From assembly GCA_052327205.1 (NCBI GenBank), contig CM126225.1, positions 35,588,001-35,652,000 of the forward strand: DNA of 64,000 nucleotides, in the 5' to 3' direction. A model generated the notes under the pieces. It worked only from the letters and a program-made list of their open reading frames with translations. It ran no database searches and had not been told where the DNA came from. Shown in pieces: positions 24,786 through 38,687 of this stretch (position 1 is its first letter; the number at the start of each line of letters is the position of its first letter). The DNA is from Somniosus microcephalus. Its lineage: Eukaryota. Made by a program: the position numbers and the translations under genes.

Positions 24786-27362
24786 ATAGAATCTAAAGAT
24801 GGGAGCAGGTCGAAAAGTGATTCTGGATTTTATACATGGGGCATTTAATAGAAAAACAAGAAAGTGATTTTACATTTGTGAAAGACATTGGTTAGCCCAC
24901 AATTGGAATATTGCGTGCAGTTCTAAACAACCCATTATAGGAAGAATATTAGAGCCATGGAAATGGTACAATGAAAATTCACTAGAATTATACCAGGAAT
25001 GAGAGTTATTAGGAAAGGTTTGAAAAATTTAGTTTTTTTTTTCCTGGAACAGAAAGAGTTAATGGAAGATTTAATAGAGGTTTTAAAAATTAGGAAAAGT
25101 GTTGACAAGGTAAATAGTGAAAGATTGCTTCCACTGGTTGGAGAATTGGTACCAAAGGGGCAGAGAGACAGGATTGTCACGAGAAGAATGAAGATGGATA
25201 TTAGATGGAATTTTTTTCACCACTATTGGAACCTGGAATGCTTTACCACAGGTGGCTATTGACCCAAAGTCTATAACATAATTTAAAAGGGAATTGGATA
25301 AGTAATTTGAAAAGTAATAATATAAAAGGATATAGGGAAAGGGCAGGGAAATTAGATTAGAGTAGATAGCTCCAGTTGCAAAGCTGACACTGGCACAGGC
25401 ACACCAGCCCTAATGACCTCTGTGCTGTAATTTACTTGATGCTATATTTATACCTTGACTACATTACTGGTTTATCCAGCAGCTTTAATTACTTAGCAAA
25501 ATTCCCATTGCCAAATGTGTTTGCATTACTTACATTTAGTTACATTTCCAGATTAAAATAATATTGAGTCTTGACAGTAAATTCCATCTAACCGTCCATT
25601 CTGATCTACCCAAAAGATTTTTTTTAAAAACATATTTCCGCTTGGCCGTTTTTAAATTACTGCAGCTAAAAGAAGATGCCGTTTAACCTTTCTAAAGAAT
25701 TTCAGTGCTCCCTCAATGGCATGGTTGATAAATGCACTTTCTGGTGTAGCACTGAGCCACCAAGGTCTCAGGTTTGTGCCCTGGTCTCTGCTCAGATAAC
25801 TGATCTCTGTCAGGACGGCACCAAGGATGCTGCGATTGATCTCGGTGTCTCTGCACTAGGAAGGGCAGAAATCACTCGTGGCTCCTGCTATGCACACATG
25901 CAGTTTTAAAGGACTGACTAGATAGTGATCAAGATATCAGGTGAGGACAGGATGTAATGGACTCTGATGTCCCCAAGGTTGAATAGTCTGACAGCACTAT
26001 CCAGGCTAATGCACGAATAATGACCACTTGGGTCCGATTCCATGGGCTAGTGAAACCTGTGACGCCAGCAAGTGTCAGTACCTTCAGGAGAGGAGGTGAT
26101 AAAACTGGACGGGGAAAATGACCTGAATGCTACTCTTATTAGTAATTAACAAAGAGAAACCTACAAAAGTGAATATAAAATCGACTCATTCAAAAGACCA
26201 AGAAATAAAAGTTGGCATTTGATAAATTCTTGCTTTCAGGAAACACAGTTGATTCCAGATAAATCAACAAAACAATTGTCATTTCAATTTCTGCAAATAT
26301 GTCTTTCCAGTCCGTTTCCTGTTAAAAGTTACAAGCAAATTTTAAACAATGTGTCAGCTGTAATCTGACCTATTTGATGTTTGTAACCCAGGCTGAATTC
26401 CTTCAAAATCGATGGAATTTCACCCATTAGCTAGGAATATGTGGTGAATTCTGCCCACTGACGTGCCCATGCTCTCCCGGTTCATTACAAAATGCAGGCC
26501 CCGACTGAGGCAGGGAACCCACACTTACGTTGTAGGGTAAATAAGAACATAAGAACATAAGAAATAGGAGCAGGAGTAGGCCATTCGGCCCGTCGAGCCT
26601 GCTCTGCCACTCAATGAGATCATGGCTGATCTTCTGCCCCAACTCCATTCACCGGCCCTATCGCCATATCTCTTGATGCCCTTACTAGTCAGAAATCTAT
26701 CGACTTCTGTTTTGAATATACCCAATGACTGGGCCTCCACAGCCCTCTGGGGTGGAGAATTCCAAAGATTCACCACCCTGTGTGAAGAAATTTCTTCTCA
26801 TCTCAGTCCTGAATGGCCTACCCTTTATCCTGAGGCTGTGGCCCCTGGTTCTAGACTCCCCAGCCAAGGGAAACATTCTCCCAGCATCCACCCTATCAAG
26901 CCCTGTAATAATTTTGTATACTTCAATGAGATCCCCTCTCATTCTTCTGAATTCAGGAGAATACAGGCCTAGTTTACTCAATCTCTTCTCATACGACAGT
27001 CCCGCCATCCCAGGAATCAATCTCCTGAACCTTTGTTGCACTTCCTCTATGGCAAGTATATCCTTCCTTAGGTAAGGAGACCAAAATTGTACACAGTACT
27101 CCAGGTGTGGTCTCACCAAGGCCCTATATAATTGGAGTAAGACTTCTTTACTCCTGTACTTAAATCCTCTTGTAACGAAGGCCAGCATACCATTTGCCTT
27201 CCTAATAGCTTGCTGCATCTGCACATTCACTTTCAGTGACTCATGTACAAGGACACCCAGGTCCCTTTGAGCATCTGCATTCCCCAATCTTTCACCATTT
27301 AGGAAATACTCTGCCTTTCTGTTTTTTCTACCAAAGTGGATAACTTCACATTTATCAACATT

Positions 27363-28129
27363 GGCCCTGAAATTAGGATCGGGAGCTTGCCGCGCGTGCA
27401 AGCCCCCGATGTGCACTTACCCGGCGCGCTGACATTTCAATCCTGGCCCGCATTGCATTTCCTCTCACTGGCCCGCTTGAGGTCCTGCCGCGCTGTGCGT
27501 GCATGGCCCAGCGGCGTACTTAGTGCGATGAGCTGGCTGGGATCACGTGAGCACAGGGCAACCAATGGGAGATTGCAAAAGTTCATTCATGAGTTTGATA
27601 GTGAGAGCTGTCAAACTCATGAAAACTCCTGGCCCCAAAACAGTACTTAAACTTGAAAGAAAATTTAAAAAAACATTGCACTACTTAAATGAACCATAAA
27701 TAACTGTAAAAAAACTATTTTAAACAACAATTTGGAAATTTGAAAAAAATTATTATATAAAAAATCGGGGCTAAAACTAAACTTACCTTACTGTAAATTC
27801 TTTAAAAATAATAAACCTGTGGAAATTTTTTTTATAAATTGTATTAATAGACCACTTACCTGTAAAACTAAGTACTTACGTGTGGTTTTTCAATGCATAA
27901 AAACCGGAGGCCTTTACACATGCGCAACTCTCTAAAAATAAAGGAAATCCAAGTCGCACGCGCTGCCTGTGTAGTTGCACGCGTTCAGCCTCTTGACTCC
28001 TTGGGTCAGAGGAGAGGAAATGTCGGTTTTCCCCACATGCGCTGTGCATGCTGAAAACCGGCAATTCCTCCGGGCACACGTGTGAGTACCCCGTCCATAC
28101 TCACGTGTTGGGAGAGGAATTACTGGGCC
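27363..28129. mobile_element. Harbinger-type MITE in CR1 X
   Basis: TIR ggccctgaaatt / aattactgggcc. TSD ATT. CR1 RT is continuous once it is removed. Confidence 0.9.
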
Positions 28130-29038
28130 ATTATATTCCATCTGCCATGTTCTCACCCACTCACCGAACCTGTCGAGATCCCCTTGAAGCCTCTTCACAT
28201 CCTCTTCACAACTGACACTGCCACCTAGCTTTGTATCATCAGCAAATTTGGAAATGTTACATTTAGTCCCCTCATCCAAATCATTGATATAGATTGTGAA
28301 TAGCTGGGGCCCAAGCACCGATCCTTGCGATACCCCACTAGTCACAGCCTGCCATCCTGAAAAAGACCCGTTTATCCCTACTCTTTGTTTTCTGTCTGTT
28401 AACCAATTCTCAATCCATGCTAGTATATCACCCCCAATTCCATGTGCCCTAATTTTGTTCACCAACCTCTTGTGTGGGACCTTATCGAAGGCCCTCTGAA
28501 AATCCAAATACACCACATCTACCAGTTCCCCTTTGTCTACTCCACTAGTTACATCCTCAAAGAACTCCAATAGGTTTGTTAAACAGGATTTCCCTTTCAT
28601 AAATCCATGTTGACTCTGCCCAATCTTACTATTAGTTTCTAAGTGCCCAGTTATTGCATCCTTTATAATAGATTCCAGCATTTTCCCAACTACTGATATG
28701 AGGCTAACAGGTCTGTAGTTCCTCGTTTTCTCTCTCCCTCCTTTCTTAAATAGCGGGGTTACATTTGCTATTCTCCAATCTGCAGGAACCATTCCAGAAT
28801 CTATAGAATTTTGGAAGATGACAACCAATGCGTCCACTATTCCAATGGCCACCTCTTTCAAAACCCTAGGATGTAGGTCATCCGGTCCTTGGGATTTATC
28901 GACTTTTAGTCCCATTAATTTTGCTACTACTGTTTTTTTTATAATAATTTCTTTAAGTTACTCATTCTCGCCACACCCTTGGTTTTCTCGTATTTCTGGG
29001 AGGTTTTTTGTGTTTTCCTCCGTGAAGACGGGAACAAA

Positions 29039-29873
29039 GGGCAGGATTTTCATTGGGCCGTAGAGGCGGGATTGGAGGCGTGTGGGGGGTTAAAATCCTG
29101 AAATCGGAGGGCACGAACCCATCCCGCCCCCAATCCACCTCCATGCCAGTTTCAAAGGAGGTGGGTACCCGACCCGCACTGGGACCCGCCTCCCCGAGGC
29201 GGGAAGGGGATTAGTGCTAATTAACTGCCTGTTAACAGGTAGTTAACAGGCTGTTTTTAGCCTAATCCCTATTTTCATTGGTGAAATGTGGGATTCCCGA
29301 CGGCTCCAAACCACGCCAAGTTAGCGAGGCGGGCCGTCAGGATGAAGGGCTTGGCGGGTTCGAGATGTCCGGTGTTCAGATGAGTGATGGGTGTATGAGT
29401 GCAGAGGTAAGTGTGTTTGGTGTGTGTAAAGTGTTTAAAGAAGTTTTACTTACATGTACTTACCTTTACAGCCTTCCTTCCTTCAGGTCTCGGGAGTCCC
29501 TCATCTCACCGGCAGAATAGCCGCGAGCTGTCAAAAGTTGCAGCATTCAGCTTTCTGTTCCGGGGAGATCTCTAAATCATCCTGAGAGGAAGGAATTAAC
29601 CTGGAGTACAGATTGTCAGTGTTTGACAGCTTCAAACAGCTGTCAAACACTGATATTTCATCTGTCAAAAGGTCTTGACAGATGAAATATCAATCTGTGA
29701 CATCACCTGTTGCCGGGTGGCCCTTAATTGGCCTGCTGAGCCTGCTGGGCGGGCTCAACAAGGTTAATCAAGTCAAAATCGCGTGGGTTGGCTAGAACTC
29801 GATGGAGGCGGGACTACAACCTCGAAAGTTGTAGTCCCACCCCCTACCCGCCTCCTCAATGAAAATCCAGCCC
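29039..29873 (-). mobile_element. Harbinger-type MITE, family M1 copy 3
   Basis: TIR gggcaggattttca / tgaaaatccagccc. TSD AAA. Reverse-complement homology to 17605-18451. Confidence 0.92.
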
Positions 29874-29984
29874 AAAGTATTTATTTAATTTCTCTTCCAT
29901 TTTCTCATTCACCATTATAAATTCTCCCGTCTCTGACTGTAACGGACCTACATTTACCTTCACCAGTCTCTTCCTTTTCACATA

Positions 29985-30481
29985 CTGGTTGACTATCCCT
30001 TATCTGAAAACCTTGGGACCAGCTGTGTTTCGGTTTTCGAAAATTTTCGGATTTCAGAAGGTATTATTTCAGACTGGGAAACTCTGAACATTAAGTTAAT
30101 TTGGTAATTAGTATTTGTATTTAATATAAATTAAAAAAGTTCAGGCTACCTCTTGCGACTGTTCCGTGTCTCATTCCCCTTCCTGCTTCTCTGTGCTACC
30201 GCTCACAGTCTGTTTACAGCTCCCCCTGCTCCGTATCTGAATTCCTTGACTTAGTGGGGGTCTGGGGCTCGACTGCCGCCACCAGTTGTGGGAAAGCCAG
30301 ATATCGGCTGACTCCTACGCTAAGCTGGCCCGCAAATCAGGTCAGAAAAGCATCGGCCGCGTCGGGTCATGTTTGGTGCCACTCGGGTTATGTCGTGCGC
30401 ACGACTTACGCTCCAGAAAAAAACTTTCAGTTTTCAGAGTTTTTCGGTTTTCAGAAGTGCGGATAAAGGATAGTCTACCTG
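29985..30481. mobile_element. Tc1/mariner (pogo/Tigger-like) MITE
   Basis: TIR ctggttgactatcccttatctg / cggataaggatagtctacctg. TA TSD. Confidence 0.85.
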
Positions 30482-31207
30482 TATCTATTTTACAATCCAT
30501 TTTTATATTTTTTGCTAGTTTGTGCTCATATTCCATTTTCCCTTTCTTTATCAATTCCTTGGTTCCCCCTTTGTTGATTTCTAAAAAGATCCCAATCCTC
30601 AGCCTGACTGCATTTTCTGGCAACTTTATAAGCTTCCTCCTTTGACTTAGTACTAGCTTTAATTTCTTTTGTTAGCCATGGTTGGATCACTTTTCCTTTT
30701 GGGTTTTTATGCCCTAGAGGTATATATGTTTGTTGCAAATTACGCATTCTTTCCTTGAATGTTAGCCATTGTATGTCCACCTTCATTCCTTTTAGTGTAG
30801 TCTCCAATCTACCATGGCCAACTTGTCCCTCATACCCTTGTAGTTTCCTCTGTTAAGATTGAAGACCTTAGTTTCAGATTGGACTTAATGTAAAATTCAA
30901 TCATATTATGGTCACTTATCCATAAAGGGCCCTTTACCACAAGATTGTTGATTATCCCTTTCTCATTACACAGTACCAGATCCAGAATAGCCTGTTCCCT
31001 GGTTGGTTTCTCCACATACTGATCCAGGAAACCATCTCACATGCATTCCAAGAATTCGTCCTCCACACCATTAGTGGTAATTTGATTTGCCCAGTCAATA
31101 TGTAGATTAAAGTTGCCCATGATTACCATATTGCCCTTGTGACATGCACTTCTAATTTCTTGATTGATATTGTGCCCTACATTACCACTACTGTTTGGTG
31201 GCCTATA

Positions 31208-33545
31208 ACAAGGGAAATTAGGGACAGCATAAGATCCAAGGAGAGGACATATAAATTGGCCAGAAAAAGCAGCAAACCTGAGGATCGGGAGCAGTTTAGG
31301 ATTCAGCAAAGGAGGACAAAGGGATTAATTAAGAGGGGGAAAATAGAGTATGAGAGTAAGCTTGCAGGGAACATAAAAAGTGACTGTAAAAGCTTCTACA
31401 GGAAACTTTTTTTTATCCGGCACCGACGGGACCGACATGGTGCCGGTTCATCAACAATTCCGGATAACCGAAAGCTATAGTAAAAGATACGGAGCTGACA
31501 GCTCCGTATAAAGCAACAAACCTGTTGCACAGGTTCAGAACAATGGCCACAAGCTCCAAGCATCTCTGTAGCTTAGCAACAGCTGCAGTCACACCCTTGC
31601 ACGGCAACAGATCGAGGAAGGCAAGTAATAAAACTTACCTGAACCTACTCCTGAATTTTGCCGGTTAACCGAGATTTCCGGTTATTTAGGTGCCGGTAAA
31701 TCGAAAGTTTCCTGTATAGATAGGTAAAGAGAAAAAGATTGGTGAAGTCAAGCGTAGGTCCCTTGCAGTCAGAATCAAGGGAATTTATAATGGGGAACAA
31801 AGAAATGGCTGACCAATTAAATACATACTTTGGTTCTGTCTTCACAAAGGAGGACACAAATAACCTCCCAGAGATGTCGGGAACATAGGGTCTAATGAGA
31901 GGGAGGAACTGAATGAAATCAGTATTTGTAGGGAAATGGTGTTAGGGAAATTGACGGGATTGAAGGCCGATAAATCCCCAGGGCCTGATAATCTACATCC
32001 TAGGGTACTCAAGGAAGTGGCCCTAGAAATAGCAGATGCATTGCTGGTCATCTTCCAAAATTCTATAGACTCTGGAACAGTTCCCATGGATTGGAGGGTA
32101 GCTAATGTAACCCCACTATTCAAAAAAGGTGGTAGAGAGAAAACGGGGAATTACAGACCGGTAAGCCTGACATCGGTAGTGGGGAAAATGCTAGAGTCCA
32201 TTATAAAAGATGTAATAGCAGAGCACTTGGAAAACAGTGACTGGATCGGACAAAGTCAACATGGATTTACGAAAGGTAAATCGTGCTAGACTAATCTACT
32301 GGAATTTTTTGAGGATATAACTGGTAGAATAGATAAGGGAGAACCAGTGGATGTGGTGTATTTGGACTTTCAGAAGGCTTTCGAAAAGGTCCTGCATAAG
32401 AGATTAGCATGTAAAGTTAAAGCACATGGGATTGGGGGTAAGGTACTGACTTGGATAGAGAACTGGTTGGCAGACAGGAAGCAAAGAGTTGGAATAAACG
32501 GGTCTTTTTCCGAGTGGCAGGCAGTGACTAGTGGTGTACCGCAGGGATCGGTGCTAGGACCCCAGCTATTCACAATATATATTCATGATCTAGATGAGGG
32601 AACTAGATGTAATATCTCCAAGTTTGCAGACGACACAAAGCTGGGTGGGCGTGTGTGCTGTGAGGAGGATGCCAAGAAACTCCAGTATGATTTGGACAGG
32701 TTGGGTGATTGGGCAGATGCATGGCAGATGCAGTATAATGTGGATAAATGCAAGGTTATCCACTTTGGTGACAAAAACAGGAAGGCAGATTATTATCTGA
32801 ACGGCAATAGATTGAGAGAAGGGGAAGTGCAATGAGACCTGGGTGTCCTTGTGCACCAGTCGCTGAAGGTAAGCATGCAGATACAGCAGGCGGTTAAGAA
32901 GGCAAATGGTATGTTGGCCTTCATAGCGAGAGGATTCGAGTACAGGAGCAAGGATGTCTTGCTGCAGTTGTGCAGGTCCTTGGTGAGACCACACCTTGAG
33001 TATTGTGCGCCTTATGTGAGGAAGGATGTTCTTGCCATGGAGGGAGTGCAGCGAAGATTCACCAGACTGATACCTGGGATGGTAGGAATGACGTATGAGG
33101 AGAGATTGGGCCGATTGGGCTTATATTCGCTGGAGTTTAAAAGAATGAGAGGGGATCTCATTTAAACTTATAAAATTCTAACAGGACTAGACAGACTAGA
33201 TGCAGGAAGGATGTTCCCGATGGCAGGGGAGTCCAGAACCAGGGATCACAGTCTAAAGATAAGGGGTAAGCCATTTAGGACAGAGATGAGGAGGAATTTC
33301 TTCACCCAGAGAGTGGTGAACCTGTGGAATTCTCTACCACAAAAGGCAGTTGAGGCCAATTCATTAAATATATTCAAGAAGGAGTAAGATATATTTCTTA
33401 AGGCTAAAGGGATCAAGGGATATGGGGAGACAGCAGGGACTGGGTACTGAGTTTGGATGATCAGCCATGATCTCATTAAATGGCGGAGCAGGCTCGAGGG
33501 ACCGAATGGCCTACTCCTGCTCCTATCTTCTATGTTTTTATGTTT
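31208..33545 (+). mobile_element. CR1 LINE Y nested antisense in CR1 X
   Basis: RT pieces 31936-33165. Tail ttctatgtttttatgtttcta. CTATA duplicated at 31203-31207 and 33546-33550. Confidence 0.92.
31399..31714. mobile_element. Tc1/mariner (pogo-like) MITE in CR1 Y
   Basis: TIR caggaaacttt...ccggcacc / ggtgccgg...aaagtttcctg. TA TSD. Confidence 0.85.
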
Positions 33546-34613
33546 CTATACACAACTCCCACCAATGTTTTCCACCCTTTGCTGTTTCTTAGCTCTACCC
33601 AAACTGATTCCAGTTCTACATCACGATCAGTCGAGCCAAGATCTTTTATCTCTACAGTAACAATCTCATCCCGTATTAACAGCACTACGCCACCTCCTTT
33701 TCCTTTTTGTCTGTCCTTCCTAAATGTTGAGTACCCTGGACCATTCAGTTTCCAGCTTGGCTTACCCTGCAACCATGTCTCTGTAATGGCAATTACATCA
33801 TACCCATTTACTTCTATTAGTGCCATTAATTCATCCACCTTGTTGCGAATGCTACGTGCATTTAGATAAAGTGCCTTCAACTTTGCCTGTTTAATATTTT
33901 TCTGCACTTTGACCCTCTTTACTGTTTGCCTTTTTTTCTGCTCCCTACTAGTTTTGCTGACTACTTTTCTAACTTGCACTTCCAGCTTTGTTTCTCTCCA
34001 TTCTGGGCCCACACTTAGGTTCCCAGCCCCCTGACAAACTAGTTTAAATCCTTCCCAACAGCACTAGCAAATCGCCCTGCGAGGATATGAATAGAAATAG
34101 TGAGAATTATGTTATTTTGCATCACGGTTGGTTTCGCATGGCTGTTTTCAGTGTCAGCAAAATGTGAAGAGCAGTTTTACCTTGGCAGTCCTGGTAAGGT
34201 CATTACATTTTTTATGGCTCTGCAGCCAGGTCTTGGGAAAAATGCTGCCCCACTCAGCCACTTCTCCGCTTGTCTCCTAATATATTTGGCTCGGCATCCG
34301 TCTACCATTTGAAGGAAACAGGGACTCCTTCCTGGCCCTGCCTTGTTCAATAAGCACGTCCACAGCAGTACCAAAATATTGGGATACCCTGACTGCCGAA
34401 AATTTGGCTGCTGCTCCAGGAACACAATTTCCACACCCCGCCTTTAAGAGGTGCAGGCTGGCTTTAAAAAGTGCCAGATTTCCCACCCTCCCAAACGGCG
34501 AGGTGCCTATGAGCAGTGCAATGAGTGCTCACAGCTCACCAGTCAAATTTAACTGAGGCCAGATTACGAAAATCAATTGGGCCGCCAGCTGATGTAATTG
34601 GGCAGGTGGAGCT

Positions 34614-34897
34614 GATGTAATCGGGTGGGAAGAGTGCATGTAATCGGGTGGGAAGAGCGGATGTTTTCGGGTGGGAAGAGCGGATGTAATTGGGTGGGAA
34701 GAATGGATGTCTTCGGGTGGGAAGAGCGGATGTATTCGGGTGGGAAGAGCGGATGTAATCGGGTGGGAAGAGCGGATGTAATCGGGTGGGAAGAGCGGAT
34801 GTATTCGGGTGGGAAGAGCGGATGTATTCGGGTGGGAAGAACGGATGTATTCGGGTGGGAAGAGCGGATGTATTCGGGTAGGAAGAGCAGATGTATT
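34614..34897 (+). repeat. 23-bp G-rich minisatellite, about 12 copies
   Basis: Unit gatgtawtcgggtgggaagagcg read directly. Confidence 0.95.
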
Positions 34898-35039
34898 AGG
34901 GCGGGTGCAGCAGTTGACCCACCCACCACATGCCTGATGTACGCCACACATGAAAATCAACCCCACTAATTCCTCCTTGAATTCTGGCAGCAAAGCTAGT
35001 CATGGAAAATACCATGAAGAGTTTCATGGCATGTCATAG

Positions 35040-38000
35040 GGTGAGAGCACAGGGTGGTCTAAGATAGGTTTACAGTGTATGTATGTGAACGCACAAAGCA
35101 CAGTAAACAAGGTTGGTTAGCTGCAGGTGCAAATAGCCACATGGAAATATGATGTGGCAATAACGGAAACCTGGCTCAAAAAAGGGCAGGATTGGGTATT
35201 AAATATTCCTGGATATAAGGTGTTCAGGAAAGATAGGGAAGGAAAGATAGGAGGTGGTGTGGCAGTATTGGTTAAGGAGAATGTTACAGTGCTGGAGCAA
35301 GAGGATGTCCCGGAGCGGTCAAGGACAGAATCTATATGGCTAGAGTTAAGAAATAATAGAGGTGCCATTACACTACTCGGTGTATTCTATAGGCCACCAA
35401 CTAGTGGGAAACATATGGAGGAGCAAATTTGCAGGGAAATTACAGAGAGATGCAAGAACTATAGAGTAGTGATAATGAGGGACTTCAACTATCCTAATAT
35501 AGACTAGGATAGTAATAGTGTAAAGGGCAGAGAGGGGGAAGAATTTCTGAAGTGTGTTCAGGAGAACTTTCTTGGTCAGTATGTTTCCGGCCCAACGAGG
35601 AAGGAGGCATTGCTGGATCTAGTTCTGGGGAATGAGGTAGGTCAAGTGGAGCAAGTGTCAGTAGGTGAACATTTAGAGAACAGTGATCATAGTATCATAA
35701 GGTTTAAATTAGCTGCGGAAATGGACAGGGAGCAATCTAGAGTAAAAATACTTAATTGGAGGAAGGCCAATTTCAGTGGGATGAGAACAGATCTGGCCTG
35801 AGTAAATTAGAATCAAAGATTGACAGGCAAAACCGTAATGGAACAATGGGCTGCCTTTAAAGAGGAAATAGTTCAGGTACAGTCGAGATACATTCCCACT
35901 AGGGGGAAAGGTAGGGCAACTAAAGTCAGATCTCCCTGGATGATGAAAGAGATAGAGTCAGATGAAGCAGAAAAAGAGCGCGCATGACAGATGTCAGGTC
36001 GAGAATACATCTGAGAATCAGGCTAAATATAGAAACTTCAGAGGAGAAGTGAAAAAGAAAATAATAGGGGCAAAGAGAGTATTGAGAATAGAATGGCAGC
36101 TAACATAAAAGGTAATCCAAAAGTCTTCTATAGGCATATCATTGGGGTGGGGTTGATTCAGGACCAAAAATGAGACCTATGCATGGAGGCAGAGGGCATG
36201 GCTGAGGTACTAAATGAGTATTTTGCATCTGTCTTCACCAAGGAAGAAGCTCCTGCCATAGTGAAGGAGGAGGTAGAGGAGATACTGGATGAGATAAAAA
36301 TTTATAAAGCGGAAGTACTAGAAAGGCTAGCTGCACTTAAAGTAGATAAGTCACCAGCACCAGATGGGATACATCCTAGGACGCTAAGGGAAGTGAAGGA
36401 AGAAATTGTGGAGGTACTGGCCTTAATCTTCCAATCCTCCTTAGAAACGGGGGTGGTACCAGAGGACTGGAAAATTGCAAATGTTACACCCTTGTTCAAA
36501 AAAGGGTGTAAAAATAAACCCAGCAACTATGGGCCAGTCAGTTTAAACTCAGTAGTGGGGAAGCTTTTAGAAACAATAATCGGGGGCAAAATTAACAGTC
36601 ACTTGGACAAGTGTACATTAATTAAGAAAGACCAGCACAGATTTGTTAAAGTAAATCGTGTTTAATCAACTTGATTGAGTGTTTTGATAAGGTAACAGAG
36701 AGGGTTGTTGAGGATAATGTGGTTGACATGATGTACATGGATTTCCAAAAGGCGTTCGACAAAGTGCCACATAATAGGCTTGCCAGAAAAGTTGAAGCCC
36801 ATGGAATAAAATGGACAGTGGCAGCATGGATACGAAATTGGCTAAGTGACAGGAAACAGAGAGTAGTGGTGAAAGGTTGTTTTTTGGACTGGAGGAAGGT
36901 ATACAGTGGTGTTCCCCAGGGGTCGGTTCTAGGACCACTGCTTTTCTTGATATATATTAATGACTTGGACGTGGGTGTACAGGGCACAATTTCAAAATTT
37001 GCAGATGACACAAAACTTGGAAGTATAGTGAACAGTGAGGGGGATAGTGATAGACTTCAAGAGGACATAAACAGGCTGAGTGGACACGTGGCAGATGAGA
37101 TTTAACGCAGAAAAATACAAAGTGATATATTTTTGTAGAAAGAATGAAGAGAGGAAATATAAACTAAAGGGTGCAACCCTAAAGGGGGCGCATGATCAGA
37201 GAGACCTGGGGGTATATGTGCACAAATCGTTGAGGGTCGCAGGGCAAGTTGAGAAAGCAGTTGAAAAAGCTTACGGGATCGTAGGCTTCATGAATAGAGG
37301 TATAGGGTTCAAAAGCGTGGAAATGATGATGAACCTGTATAAAACACTGGTTCGGCCTCAACTGGAGTATTGTGTCCAATTCTGAGCACCGCATTTAGAA
37401 AGGATGTGAAGGCCTTAGAGAGAGTGCAGAAAAGATTTACGCAAAAACAGGAAGGCAGATTATTGTCTGAACAGCAATAGATTGGGAGAAGGGGAAGTGC
37501 AACGAGACCTGGGTGTCCTTGTGCACCAGTCGCTGAAGGTAAGCATGCAAGTGCAGCAGGCGGTTAAGAAGGCAAATGGTATGTTGGCCTTCGTAGCGGG
37601 AGAGTTCGAGTACAAGAACAAGGATGTCTTGCTGCAGTTGTACAGGGCCTTGGTGAGACCACACCTTGAGTATTGTGTACAGTTTTGGTCGCCTTATCTG
37701 AGGAAGGATGTTCTTGCCATGGAGGGAGTGCAGCGAAGATTCACCAGACTGATACCTGGGATGGCAGGAATGACGTATGAGGAGAGATTGGGTCGATTGG
37801 GCTTATACTCGCTGGAGTTTAGAAGAATGAGAGGGGATCTCATTGAAACTTATAAAATTCTAACAGGACTGGACAGACTGGATGCAGGAAGGATGTTCCC
37901 GATGGCCGGGGAGTCCAGAACCAGGGGTCACAGTCTAAGGATAAGGGGTAAGCCATTTAGGACAGAGATGAGGAGGAATTTCTTCACCCAGAGAGTGGTG

Positions 38001-38687
38001 AACCTGTGGAATTCTCTACCACAGAAGGCAGTGGAGACCAATTCATTAAATATATTCAAGAAGGAGTTGGATATATTTCTTAAGGCTAAAGGGATCAAGG
38101 GATATGGGGAGAAGGCAGGGACAGGGTACTGAATTTGGATGATCAGCCATGATCTCATTGAATGGCAGAGCAGGCTCGAGGGGCCGAATGACCTACTCCT
38201 GCTCCTATCTTCTATGTTTCTATGTTTACGAGAATGATTCCAGGGATGAGGGACTCCAGACTGGAGAAGCTGAGTTTGTTTTCCTTAGAGCAGAGAAGAT
38301 TGAAAGGAGATTTGATAGAGGTGTTCAAAATCATGAGGGGTCTGGACCGAGTAGGTAGAGAGAAACGGTTCCCATTGGCAGAAGGGTCGAGAACCAGAGG
38401 TCACAGATTTAAGGTGATTGGCAGAAGAACCAAAGGCGACATGAGGAAAAACTTTTTAATGCAGCGAATAGATAGGGTTTGGAATGCACTGCCTGAAAGG
38501 GTGGTGGAGGCAAACTCAATCATGGCTTTCAAAAGGGATTTGAATAAGTACCTGAAGGAAAAAAATTTGCAGGGTTACGGGGAAAGGGCAGGGGAGTGGG
38601 ACTAGCTGAAGTGCTCTTGCAGAGAGCCGGCACAGGCCCGACGGGCCGAATGGCCTTCCATGCTGTAACCATTCTATGATTCTATGA
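35040..38687 (+). mobile_element. CR1 LINE Z, near-complete decayed ORF2
   Basis: YVNAQS...AITETWL endonuclease through RT (KFADDT) to the tail attctatgattctatga. Stops and frameshifts present. Confidence 0.92.
37442..38224 (+). mobile_element. Young 5'-truncated CR1 W nested in CR1 Z (same subfamily as Y)
   Basis: 6-bp TSD TTTACG (37436-37441, 38225-38230). Near-identical to 32772-33545. Confidence 0.92.

Larger units (their letters stand above)
23400..25430 (+). mobile_element. Old degraded CR1 hosting an RTE fragment and a MITE
   Basis: Remnants LVSPQLEYCVQF, FTRIIPGM, DLIEVLKI, and a CR1 3' UTR near 25400. Confidence 0.7.
26540..34087 (-). mobile_element. CR1 LINE X (complete ORF2 span plus the end of ORF1), with four direct insertions
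   Basis: Tail at 26540. RT pieces 26697-27362 and 28130-28915. APE endonuclease pieces 30830-31207 and 33551-34012 (LYLNARSIRNK, IAITETWL). ORF1 end at about 34040-34087. Confidence 0.9.

Noticed and set aside
34529-34993. Repetitive-peptide ORFs
   Set aside because: These are translations of the 23-bp minisatellite.
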